A stretch of 62,101 nucleotides of DNA, the filler included, from Basidioascus undulatus (lineage: Eukaryota), in the NCBI GenBank assembly GCA_000826855.1. It is 4 parts of 4 records of this genome, joined end to end, with 100 filler letters (N's around TTAATTAATTAA, not from the genome) between each part and the next. Parts side by side here need not be neighbours in the genome. Positions count along the whole stretch, not along the records: positions 1 to 10,481 come from JTLS01001119.1; positions 10,582 to 40,960 come from JTLS01000112.1; 2 more parts are not named here. One strand, given 5' to 3'. The translations under genes and the position numbers were made by a program. Position 1 is the first letter of the stretch; every line of letters begins with the position of its first letter. Shown here in pieces: positions 1 through 10,973 of this stretch. The notes under the pieces were generated by a model. That model did no database searches. It was not told the DNA's origin and worked only from the letters and a program-made list of their open reading frames with translations.

Positions 1-5
1 GGGCG

Positions 6-2663
6 ATGTACACGCTCGGCTCCGCCGCGCGCGGGTCCGCCGAGCCGCTCGCGATCCCGTCCTTCGACTACAGCGTCAAGATCCTCCCGCAGAACGTGAC
101 GCTGACAGTGGACGAAGCGCACATCGTGGCCGAGTCGCGCGAGTGGGCCGAGTTCCACAACGCCGTCGCTGCCGCGCTGCGCCTCGGGCCCGGCCTGCAG
201 GGCGTCGACGACTCGTGGATCGTCTTCAACCGGCCTGCGCGAGGGCTGAACGCGCGCCATGCCGGGTTCCTGTTTGGCCTGGGGCTGAACGGGCACTTGC
301 GCGCGATGGACATCAGCGGGCACGCGTACCGGTGCTTGGAGCCCAAGCACGAGCTCACGTCCGTCGGGCTCTTGCTGGGGCTCGCTGCGGCGCACGTCGG
401 GTCCGCAGACGAGAAGGTGACGCGCGTGCTGAGCGTGCACGTCCCCGCGCTCCTGCCGCACAACTCGATCGAGCTCAACGTCGCGAGCCTCGCGCAGGCC
501 GCGGGACTCCTCGGCCTCGGCCTCCTCTACCTCGGCACGGGCCAGCGCCGCATGGCTGAGCTCCTCCTCACCGAGATTGGCGGGGCGGACGTCTCCCCCA
601 ACGACGGCCGCACGGAGCTTCGCGAGGCGTACTCCCTCTCCGCTGCACTCGCGTTCGGCCTCGTCATGGTCGGCCGCGGCAACGATGCGAATAGCCCAGC
701 GGACGTGGCGATGCTCACGAAGCTGCGGGCGTACATCTTCGGGGAGAAGCACCCCGTCGGCCCCGCGAGCGACTCGACCTCTCCCTCCACGATTGGGACG
801 ACGAGCGCGGCAGGCCCGTCCACCGCCGCGCCGCTCCCCGCCGACCTCAACACGACCTCCCCCGGTGCGACGATTGCGCTGGGGCTGATGTTCCTGCGCA
901 CGGAGCGCGCAGACGTCGCGGCGCTGCTCGAGATGCCCGAGACGGAGATGCAGCTCGACTACATCCGCCCTGACTTCCTCGTCCTCCGCGTCCTCGCCCG
1001 CAACCTGGTCCTCTGGCGCGGCATCGCCGCGAGCAAGGCGTGGATCGAGGCGCAGCTCCCGCGCTTCGTCCGCCGCGCGATGCAATGCAAGAGGGAGCTC
1101 TACGTCCCTGTCGAGGATTCGGTCGAGCTCGCGTACTACAATATTGTCGCTGGCGCGTGCTTCGCCATCGGCTTGAAGTACGCGGGTACCGCGCAGGAGG
1201 AGGCATATGCGACGCTGCTGCACTATATGGACGCTTTCACGCAGGCCGTCAATATCCGCTGTGCGTTCGATTCCCTTTCGCAAGCTGCCCGTAGGCCGAT
1301 GGCTGACAATCCTGTTCGTCTCACAGCTGCTACCTTTGAGGGCAAGATCCGCCGCGCCTGCGTGCGCTCCGGACTCAACATCATCTCCGTCTCGCTTGCC
1401 GCCGTCATGGCGGGGACGGGCGAATTGGGCGTCCTGAAGCGTCTGAGGATCGCGCACGGACAACATGGCGCCGCGTCCGGGTTCAACTACGGCTCACACG
1501 TCGCAAACCACATGGCGCTCGGGCTGCTCTTCCTCGGCGCGGGCCGTTACACGCTCGGCTCGTCGGACGCCGCGATCGCCGCGATGGTGTGCGCGTTATA
1601 CCCCAAATACCCGGCGTCCGGCAGCGACCACCGCGCGCACCCGCAGGCGTACCGGCATCTGTGGGCGCTCGCCGTCGAGCCCCGGTGCTTCGTCGCTCGC
1701 GACATCGACAGTGGGGAGGCTGTGTACGTCCCGATCCGCGTCAAGGCGCTTGACGACGATGGGATCGCGCGCTCGCACCACCTCATCTCGCCCACGCTCA
1801 TCCCCGACTTCGACCGCATCCTCTCCATCAAGGTCGACAGCCCGCGGTACTGGCCGCTCACGCTCGAGATCGGCAGCAACGGCGCGCACGCCGCTAGCCT
1901 CCTCCGCACGCAGACCATCTTCGTCAAGCGCAAGACGGGCCACCTCTCGTACGAGGCGGATCCGCGCGGGAACCGCAGCGCCTTCGCCCGCTCCGGCATG
2001 CTCACCGCCGGCACGGCCCTCGACCTCGTCTCGGCGTCCAAGGTCCTTTCCATGTCCCCCGCGGACCTCGAAGACTTTGCGACAGCCTTCTCGACCGAGC
2101 CGAGCTTCATCGCGTTCGCCGAGCAGCTCTGCCGCGAGCCCGCAGACGGGTTCGCCACGGCCATCCTCCTCGAGTGCCTCACGCAAGACAAGACCGACGC
2201 GCTCTGGCTCTACCTCGCAATCGACCAGGTCCAGCGCTCGCCCAACGCGCTCGCCGTCCGCGACCTACAGGTCGCCGCCGACTTCTACACGCACTACTTC
2301 GAGCCGCACTTCGTCCCGGACAAGCACCGTGGGAGCCGACCACCCTTGCTCCAGCCGACCTACCTCGCCAGCGTACTCCACGCACTGCGCGCGCATGCAC
2401 CCGAGCGGCCAGCGCTGCATGCGGTGCTCCGCGGTGAGAAGGTCAGCGCTGCCGCGGCGGTCTGGCTGGCAGTGCGGCGGGCGCCGGACGCGTGCGGGCT
2501 TGCTGCGCTGCGGGCGCTGGTTGAGGAGGCGAGAAGACAGGCGGGAACAGGGGAAGGCGTGGAAGACGGGATCAGGCTCGTGCTGGCATTGGCGCTCAGC
2601 GAAGGGGACGCGACGACGGATCGGGGTGAGCTGGTCGAAGAGATTGTAGCTGCTTGGCGATGA
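6..2663 (+). CDS. APC1: Anaphase-promoting complex subunit 1, C-terminal portion (5' end lies outside the window); one 66-nt intron at 1261-1326
   Basis: Proteasome/cyclosome-repeat motifs HAGFLFGLGLNGHL, ELTSVGLLLGLAA, TSPGATIALGLMFL, YGSHVANHMALGLLFLG, QAYRHLWALAVEPR and SPRYWPL. Intron GTGCGT...GCTGAC...CAG is in frame. Confidence 0.93.
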   Translation: MYTLGSAARGSAEPLAIPSFDYSVKILPQNVTLTVDEAHIVAESREWAEFHNAVAAALRLGPGLQGVDDSWIVFNRPARGLNARHAGFLFGLGLNGHLRAMDISGHAYRCLEPKHELTSVGLLLGLAAAHVGSADEKVTRVLSVHVPALLPHNSIELNVASLAQAAGLLGLGLLYLGTGQRRMAELLLTEIGGADVSPNDGRTELREAYSLSAALAFGLVMVGRGNDANSPADVAMLTKLRAYIFGEKHPVGPASDSTSPSTIGTTSAAGPSTAAPLPADLNTTSPGATIALGLMFLRTERADVAALLEMPETEMQLDYIRPDFLVLRVLARNLVLWRGIAASKAWIEAQLPRFVRRAMQCKRELYVPVEDSVELAYYNIVAGACFAIGLKYAGTAQEEAYATLLHYMDAFTQAVNIRCAFDSLSQAARRPMADNPVRLTAATFEGKIRRACVRSGLNIISVSLAAVMAGTGELGVLKRLRIAHGQHGAASGFNYGSHVANHMALGLLFLGAGRYTLGSSDAAIAAMVCALYPKYPASGSDHRAHPQAYRHLWALAVEPRCFVARDIDSGEAVYVPIRVKALDDDGIARSHHLISPTLIPDFDRILSIKVDSPRYWPLTLEIGSNGAHAASLLRTQTIFVKRKTGHLSYEADPRGNRSAFARSGMLTAGTALDLVSASKVLSMSPADLEDFATAFSTEPSFIAFAEQLCREPADGFATAILLECLTQDKTDALWLYLAIDQVQRSPNALAVRDLQVAADFYTHYFEPHFVPDKHRGSRPPLLQPTYLASVLHALRAHAPERPALHAVLRGEKVSAAAAVWLAVRRAPDACGLAALRALVEEARRQAGTGEGVEDGIRLVLALALSEGDATTDRGELVEEIVAAWR

Positions 2664-2997
2664 TGCATGATGCACAAGAATGAGGACGTTCATGAATGCA
2701 AGTGTGCCTTCTGGCGGCCTTTGGAAACTCTCTCTGCAGCTGAGAAAATGCACACTGTTTGGGTAGGCACGCACTGTAAAATTTTCATGGGCGTGAAGTG
2801 GTGGTGGTGCGCCCAGTGACCCAAGTGAATGCGGCTCGCGCTCACGTTGTCAAGCTGCATTACAGCCGACTTTCCCACTGTTGGAAATAGATCCGTTCCG
2901 GAAAGCCTGCACATTTTTTGTTCATTCGGACAACTGCGATCAGACCCACCACGCATGTCAAGCCTACATGTCAAAGCGCTCTTGATTTTCCTCACAG

Positions 2998-3582
2998 ATG
3001 AGGCCGTCTATGTCGCTCTCTCGCTCGTCCATCGCCTCCCAGGAGAGGGCAGTCGCCCGCCGTCCGCTATGCTCGCAACCCCTACCAGCGACGGTTCCGC
3101 GTGCTGGCACCGCGCGGACTGGAGGGCCGGCTGGATGAAGGGGTCTCACGATTTCCTCCACGAGAGGAAGAAAGGGGCGATGAACCTTTGGGAGCTCGAA
3201 GAGGAGGAGTTTAGGGAGAGCAGGCGGTGGGAGCTGGAGCAGGAGGAAGCCCACCGTCGAGCGCCGGGTAAGCTGGCTTACGTACCGCATACAGTACCGC
3301 GGCCCTCTGACTCGCACTTTGAGGCGGCCCAGTTGTTGGAAGGAAACCCGGCCGACGGACTCGGGCTTTCACGAGGGAGAGCTCATCGAACACCTTCCAT
3401 TCACACCCACCCTCTCTCGCACCTCTGCCTTTTCGAGACCACCGTCTGACAACTCACTCTCGCTGTTGGTTTCGATCGAATCTCTCGAGGAGGTCGATGA
3501 AACTGTACGTGCGCTCTTTCAAAAGTGGCAAGGCAGTCCTCACACGACGCAGCGCCGACGCGGGGGAGTGGGCGGAGATTGA
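2998..3582 (+). CDS. Hypothetical spliced gene or gene fragment
   Basis: GC-rich coding-like exon after a CAG acceptor (about 2997) and before a GTAAGC donor (about 3268). No recognisable domain. Confidence 0.3.
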
Positions 3583-4119
3583 CACATAGTTGGTGGCTGC
3601 TGTGATGGCTGGATCGGAGTTCCGAACGGAGAGGTTTGAGGGGGGTATGAGGACTCACATGAACCCCGGGATACACATTGGTTTCGCGACACGCTTACTC
3701 GATATGCGTCATGTTTTGTGGACCTAAGTGCCCTACAACCATGTCTGGGGCACCCAGAAGTTTGTTGCGTTCAAAATAGAGCTCTAAAAGAAAGTCCTCG
3801 TTGACTCTTTGAGGCCAAAAGTTAGCGAGAACCCAGGCGTCAGGCAACCATGGCTCATAACCCTTCTCGGCTGAAAGTACGGCCTGGATACCTAAGGCGG
3901 CATGCTTTTTTGAACTTGGACCCACATGGCTCAAAAATGGCATGTGCAGGTACTGAAATTCTGGGACGCATGGCAATTCGGTTGCCTGCGGCTTAGTAGC
4001 TTCGCGCGGGTCTTGCACCTCTTGCCTCCTGCCACCATCGTCCCCGCCCCACTGCAGCAACAGCTCCACTCTCTTTGCATCGCACTTCGCAGACTTTTTA
4101 CCCTGACAAACCTCTAGCA

Positions 4120-5400
4120 ATGCCTCGCACCTCGCTGCTCGATCTTCCGGACGAGACGCTGCCGACGATTTTCGAGTTCGACCTGCCGTCGTCCACGCTT
4201 CGTAGCGCCGCCCAGACCTGCTGTCGCCTTTAGCCAATCTTAACCCAGCAGCTCTTCATGTGTATCGATCTCCAAGCCCATTATGTCGCTTCTTCCGCCT
4301 CACTCATCACCACGCTCGTGCACGTACTCGACGGACAGCCCGGTATGGCCGCCCACGTTCCGGTTCTCCATCTCGACTTTCCGGATGCCTGAGCTGTGGT
4401 ATCGTTATGCGGCACTTAGTCAGCCTCCTAGTCTATCTTAGCCTATGAAGAGGCTCTATTTGAAGTGTGAAGTGAGACCTGAGCACTCTGTATCTTAAGG
4501 TGGAGACGGTCGGCAGCGTCTTCGACATGTTAGGCGCAGCGTTCCAGTGCAGTCAGCTTCAGGCTTTGTCATTCGACTTGGGGGAGCTCCCGGACAGTGA
4601 TACTTTACACCTCACCAGCGCCTCTCACCCTTCTGGAGGACGTGACCCCTCCATTGCTGCGGTCCTGATGGACCTACCCTCGTGGGTGCTGCGTTACTGG
4701 ACCCGAGCGACCCTTTGTCCCTGCGTCTGCTGCACAGTCTCCTTCTTGCTTGCGCAGACTTCCGCAGGATCAATTTTAGTGCAAGCCACTTCAATTAAAT
4801 TACCGCAGACCTGCTCAAACAGGGCACGCTTCCGCACCTGGAAGCCGTCATTCTCGCCAGCTCGCCGTGCACTCGCGCCCTCGCCACTTTCATTGAGAAC
4901 CAGCCGACGGTCCGACAAGTCCTCATGGAACTCATCTGCTGGGCAAAGGGTTGGCCCTCAGTTATTCTTCTTCATCTTACACTGCTGAAGGCCCCGTTGT
5001 CTGTCGCTCTCTCGATTCTCTGCGCCTCACCATCGCCGCAGCTGGCAAAACTTGTCACTTGGGGAGGCGAGTTCGACACCGAGTGTCTGAGCTGCTCCTT
5101 CGACTGCCTCAAACGCTCGAACATATGGTCTTGGAACACGTCGATGAAGAGGAGCTAGCGGTTGAGTTCTTGAGCCGCGTGTCAGACCACCTCCTGCGGC
5201 TGCGTTCCTTCGCTATGCCCGGCATTAGCCAGGGTCCGCCCAGCCTGCCTCACGTCCACGCTCAGAGCGACAACATCCAGTATCCTGAGCCTCGCATCGC
5301 CGAGCACGAGTGGGGGAGGGTCGCCCAGATCGCCTGGCAGCCTGAAAGTGTCCGCACCCCGGGTGGCCTTCTTATCTGGCCTTTTTCAGGACAAGGGCTA
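4120..5400 (+). pseudogene. Decayed F-box-like gene
   Basis: ATG 4120 gives MPRTSLLDLPDETLPTIFEFDL...AAQTCCRL, then in-frame TAG (4231) and TGA (4390). Leucine-rich fragments continue in shifting frames to about 5.4 kb. Confidence 0.6.
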
Positions 5401-6117
5401 AATTCCTTCCAGAAAACATTCCAAATACACCTGGAGAATGAGATGAGCTACACTCCGGGTGCTGGTCGGTGTCTATTTTCCTTTAGGCACGGCTTTTCTC
5501 TGCCCATATGGTGTTGGAAAGCAGCGCATCCTACGACTGCTCCTGCGAAGCGCGGAGCCTACACCGTAGTCATGCTTCCATACCTTGCATAAATCTCCTG
5601 CCCAGCTGCCCCAGGAGCATGTGAACGATCCTGTCACCTACTCCGAATCGGAACGACTGGCCGTCGAAGATAAACCTGCGCAACATTGCACAACTGCAAC
5701 GCCCATGGAATGCTTACGTGAGAGACTGGTCTGCTGACATACCAGTACCAGTGTACTGGGTTTCTGCAACTTCGCGTGTTCTGTGTGAAGGTCCGAAGCT
5801 GTCTCCCAGAGAACGTTGATCCAGCGTATCGGGTCGCTGTGGTCCTGAAAATTAGGACGGCCCGCGCGGCTTCCGTGCGATACATGCACAGCAGAAATAT
5901 CCTTTGCGTCTTTCCTGTTCACGCCATCTCTTGGCCGGCCCACCTTGCCGTGTATACGAACGCTCGGCGGGACACAATTGGGCCAGAGGGACATATGTGG
6001 TCAGGAGATTGCGGCAACAGTGTGTCCGCCAGACAGGTAACTGTGAGTCGTAGCCGGTCATGCTGTAGAAGCCGCATGGGGCGCGACCTGAAATGCCAAG
6101 AACAAGCTGTAAGAGTC

Positions 6118-8932
6118 ATGAAGAGCCAAACAACCACAGATACCTCGTCGTGTCGTCCCTTGTTTGTGTGCATGTCGGGCGTGTGTGCCGCTTGCTTCGC
6201 GCGTGGTGTCTCCGCGAAGACATGCGAGAGGAAACGTAGCCCGCTTCCGCACATTTGCTAACGGTAATCGAGATTGGTCGGCATTCCACCTCGAGGACCA
6301 GGCGGAAACTGTGTGTTCCGTTTTGAGTTGTTATTGCATGACCCACAGGAAACAGGTTGAAGTGCGCACGCCACAGCACGAGAGTCAGGCTGAACTTCTC
6401 AGCTACTAACTCTACCGAGCCTGAGTTCGAGCCCTTGCCACCGGCAGCCGCATTCTGCGAAACGCTCTTCTCAGCTCGTCCTACCTTAAAGATATGGACG
6501 ACACAGGTACGATCGGGGGTACCAGCGCAAGTACGCCTGCAGCAGCAGCAACTGGTCCGAGCGCTCCGGAGTTCGGGCTGTGGTCGGGATTGGAGCAATT
6601 CTCGTTGGATTCCCCTTCAGCACCACCTGTTAGTTATCACAGAACTTAAACCCGATCTTGTTTTGCTGTTAGAGGTCTAACAAGAACAACTGGCGGTCCA
6701 GGCACAGCCGAGTTACGCGTTCAGGCGCACGGCATTGTACGGAAGCGACGACGACGCTTTCAGGTGAGTTTACTTTCCACAGGTTCAAAGCCTCCGACAC
6801 CCTGTTGTGAACAAGGCCCTTTCAGACACCAGCAACAACAGGTGAGAGCGTTTGTTTCGACATTTCACATCGTTGCTGACATTCCTTGCCCAGCGCCTCT
6901 ACGACCACCGGATCTACGGCTCGCACGCAGGCCTTCAGAGCTACATTCGCTGCCAGCCGTCCGTTCAGGAAGTTTCCGAGCTTTCAGGGGTGCGAGAAGC
7001 ATTGTTCAAGCCTCTGTAGGTACTCCTGCTGGTGGCGACGATGTGAACTGACCTCCGACGTTGTTCTCAGGGCGTCTATTTCCCCTAATGTGCGTATATC
7101 GATCTGAAAGTACGTCCTGTTACGGTCATTCACCGTGTTTTCTTTCCTCATCTGCCTAGCCGGCGAGTTTTGCAAGTCGGGTCGAAGAGTCGTGGGTTTG
7201 CCCGTTGGACAGCAACTGGAACCCTTCGTGGTCGGCATTCTGCGCAGGGTGCGCCGTCTTGTTTCCTGGATACAGAAAAATCATATGAAATTTTTCCCCA
7301 CAGCTGCAACGCTCCTCGCCCTCCGCCAACTGCCGACATGCCTATCATGCCGTTGGTGTCGGCCCTCCAACCTCCTCCGCCCACTCTCTCTCCTCTTCCT
7401 CACCAGCCGTCCATCTCCCCGGTTTCGCCCTTCCCGGCGCAACTTGGACACTCTCCACCTCCTTCACCTCCTCTCGATCCTCTACAAACACTGCCCTTCT
7501 TCTCGATACCTTCCACCTCAACGCCCGAACCGCCTCGTCGCCGCGTTCTCGCGCTCCTGCAGATTCTCTCCGCGTCGGCTGGGCGTTTCGTCGTCCGGTC
7601 CTCAGGAGACTTACTTGGCCTTCCTGGGGTGGACGTTCGGTCTAACGAAGCGACCATCGCGTTTCTTCCCTTGCTGGCCGAAGTTCCTTCCGACATCGGG
7701 CCTGGAGATGTCGTCTTTCCTTCACCGGAAGCCTTCGAGGTCGTAAAGGTACCCCTCTCCCTCAAATTTGGCAGTTCAACTCCATGCTGAGGTCCTCATA
7801 CAGGAACACCTTAAAGCGGTCGGGCTGCGGCGCTTGTGCGTCTGGTTCTTCGTTGCCATGTCCTCTGGTCAAGACTTGACATAGCTGGGAACCATTACGC
7901 AGGAACCCCGAAACCTGGATGCGTTACGGGGACTGGCTTTGTCGTGAGCTTGTCCACCACCTCTGTTCAGTGTAGGAGGGGAGCGTTTCTGACCCAATTT
8001 CACAAATACAGCCAAATGCGGTTTGACTGTGCGCTGGTCCCCCAATTTTTGCCACGCCTCCTTCCCTCGTTCTGACGCAGTTTTTATTCCTCCAGGTCTG
8101 GGCGAAAAAGCCATTCTGCAACCGCAAAGAAGAGACGCGACAGGCGCACGATGCCCGTCTGCCGCGATACAAGCTGCCGATCCGCGACGCGCTCTGCCTC
8201 GACATGGTCGAGCGCGCCCTCGGGAGCGGCTTAGAAGTCTTTGCGCTCTCGGGGGAGGAGATCAGAACGGCGGCTGCGAACCCCTCTTTTCCTGGCGGAC
8301 CTCCCGCTTCCGTGCGGCGGCTGACCACCCAGTCCAGCCGATTCCCCCCGCCGAACACCAGCTTACGCTCTCCGAGCTTCTCGCTGCCGGATACCCGACT
8401 GGGCGGACGGACTGGACGGCAGCAGTCTGTTCCTCTTCCAGCGACACATTACGTGCAGTACACCTCGGCCGAACCGCCGCTCCGTCCCCACATTCACACG
8501 CAGCCAGCAGCTCCCCGCAGCGCCGAGCCCTCTTCCCTCCCCGAAAACCTGCTCGCCGCGCACCGTCCGCGATACCGCTCTTTCGCCTCCGCCGCCCTGT
8601 CAGGCCCCAGCCGCGCAGGCCTCCAGTTTTTGGAAGAGCCGCATCCGCCCAGTCCCCTCTCCCAACCCTTCGGCGCTTCCCACCTCCTGTGCCGACCTCT
8701 TTCGCCCGTCATCTCCCGGCCGGTGCAGCAGGGGACAATCACGACGGGCGCCTTCCCGGCGTCGGCGGCGGTCCCTTCCACCCTCCACGTTTCTACTCCC
8801 CCGACTGCGAGCGCGCCGGGTTCAAGTCGTGCACTGCCGCCACCGCCGCCCCCGTCCGGCGAAGCAGATCCTTCGGACGGCCTGACCGCCAGTCTGGCGG
8901 CGCTCTTCTTTCCCGGTCTCCTTGACTTCTGA
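6118..8932 (+). other. Unassigned, probably degraded multi-exon coding region (Cys cluster followed by Pro/Ser-rich ORFs)
   Basis: Cys-rich start (CRPLFVCMSGVCAACFARGVSAKTC), several GT/AG signals, and Pro-rich ORFs 7170-7790 and 8204-8932. No coherent gene model could be built. Confidence 0.25.
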
Positions 8933-10183
8933 TGTCCCATACGAGCGTATGACGACTGCCCTTCATTACGACTACTTGTTTTGCTCTGTATTTCTTGTAC
9001 CGTTGCTAGTGGAACCGCAAAGAATGTACGACTTGAGCTTGCTGAACAATGTGACCGGCGACTGCAGTTGCCTCTAGGGAGCGAACTGATTGACGAAGGT
9101 TTCTGATTCTCGAACTTTTCCTGATTGAACGAAAGGTGTGGACAGAGCATGGTGGCCTATTGGGCGGTTCAACAGCGAAGCATCGACTCGGCGTGGTCAC
9201 CGAGTTCAAGAAGGGACCATAACGTTGCTTCTCCCTACCTTGGGTGATAAAAAATTGGCGAGAATACGTGTGGCCTTGAGTGAACACGTCATAGCGGCCA
9301 AGCAAGATTGGAACGCTCAGGCCGCCGGCTGGGATGGACAAGGACCTGTTTTTGGCCGTTTTGCAACACGGTCATTGCCGTGAGAAAAGGAAGTGTTAAT
9401 ACTGCCTGAGGGAAACTGAGTATTAAAACGATACGAACTCAGTCTCGCCATAAATTCCAATAAGAGCAGGACACAGTCTGGTCTTCGTAGAGGGCCGTGG
9501 GCGACTGTTACTTCCCAGCCTGCACTCCTATTGCAGAGTTTCAGAGGCCTCTATCGCAGCCGCACCTCCGTGTTTTGCAGACGCATAATTTTGTGCTTAA
9601 GCCATGAAATTTGAACTGAGCTTGCTCCCCGGCAGATAAGCAGCGGTTCTCGGCCGTGCAACTGGATCGACGGTTTCCAAGTTTCTACCACGGCAGCATG
9701 TGCGTTCAGGCCTTTATGGAGAGAAGCGCTTAGCAAAAGATGAGCTCAGATAAGTCTAAAGCACTTAAAGACCAACTCGGCTCGGCAGACCGTCAGCTCC
9801 AATGCGGGAGACGAGCGGGCGAAGACGGACCCAGGCCGGTGCAGAGTGCGATGATCGTACCACTCAGAAAGACTTGGGTAATCTCAAGACCCTTTACAAG
9901 TTCATCTTTCTACCACTTCCAGGAGGGCCCATGGTAAACGGAATTATCGGGAGGGATGGGGCAGCATTCCGTCTTTCCGTCCAGGCATACTGACTGACGC
10001 ATCACACAGCCAACGCGTTTTGCGACACTGGCGGCTGCACAGCAGGCTGCATGAACGATGCAAGCGCACAGATACGAGAATCGAAAGACGAAAGAAACAA
10101 GAGTCCGAGTCGCAAGGAAAGAAGTGAAAACAAAAGCCTTAAAGTAGTCAAACAGTCCGTCTAGCGTTCTACCCCCTCGACGC

Positions 10184-10481
10184 TCAAGCAGCCTCCATCC
10201 CCCCCGCGCCGCTCGCGCTCCTCGCCCTCCTCTGGCGCTCGACATGCCGCTCAAAACTCGCGTCCCGCCCACGCCGGACGCTCGCGGCCGACCCCGGGCG
10301 GAGGAGTCCGCCCTCGTTCTCCTTGTCCTCCTTTCCCTCGTCCTCGGCGAACGACGACGCGGCGGAGGACGCCGCCGAGGGCGGGCGCGCGACGAGCGGG
10401 CGGGTGGAGATGGATGAGCGTCGCTTCGCGGACGTGGAGGTGGAGAGGGAGGACAGGGAAGTATTCTTCGACCGTGAGGGG
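10184..10481 (-). CDS. 3' end of a Ser/Arg-rich hypothetical gene, cut by the gap
   Basis: Open GC-rich frame PSRSKNTSLSSLSTSTSAKRRSS...ASGAGGMEAA ending in TGA at 10186-10184. Confidence 0.6.
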
Positions 10482-10581
10482 NNNNNNNNNNNNNNNNNNN
10501 NNNNNNNNNNNNNNNNNNNNNNNNNTTAATTAATTAANNNNNNNNNNNNNNNNNNNNNNNNNNNNNNNNNNNNNNNNNNNN
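10482..10581. other. Artificial contig-join spacer
   Basis: 44 N + TTAATTAATTAA (stops in all six frames) + 44 N. Confidence 0.98.
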
Positions 10582-10973
10582 GAGGGAGAGCGGGATGGGG
10601 GCGAATGGGAACGGTGTCCGCCTGGCGGTGGTGGCGGCTTGGACCTGGAAGACCAGGAGCATAGGAAGGGACAGGGAAGAGAGTGCAGGACGTCAGTAAT
10701 GCTCGCTCTGGGGCTAGGACACCCTGCGCAGCAATCGAGCATGCTCGTCTGCCTCCTCGCGCAAGGCAACAGGGCGGACAAGTCGACGGAGGAAGGCCAT
10801 GACACTGCTGCTCACCTCGTCGACCGCCGCTGATAGGGTACCGCCTGGTCCGCTATATCGCCTGGTACTCCCGGTGGTGGGGCGCGGTAGGAGGAATGGG
10901 CATGGGCGGCTCGCGAGCTGTTGCGCTCGCGATCCCGCCTCGGCGCCTGGGGAGGCAGCGGAGGCCCTTCCAT
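10582..10973 (-). CDS. 5' end of a Pro-rich hypothetical gene, cut by the gap
   Basis: ATG 10973 gives MEGPPLPPQAPRRDRE...; intron GTGAGC 10815 to CAG 10645 with a CTGAC branch point; next exon SKPPPPPGGHRSHSPP. Confidence 0.6.

Noticed and set aside
1465..2649. 394-aa overlapping ORF within APC1
   Set aside because: Arg/Ser/Pro-rich shadow frame produced by high GC3 codon bias.
4231..4233. Premature TAG as a possible A-to-I editing or recoding site
   Set aside because: The same gene has further stops and frameshifts, so simple decay explains it.
10526..10537. TTAATTAATTAA palindrome recurring three times (also 41005 and 51578)
   Set aside because: Always centred in 100-bp N blocks, so it is an assembly linker rather than a biological repeat or piggyBac TTAA site.
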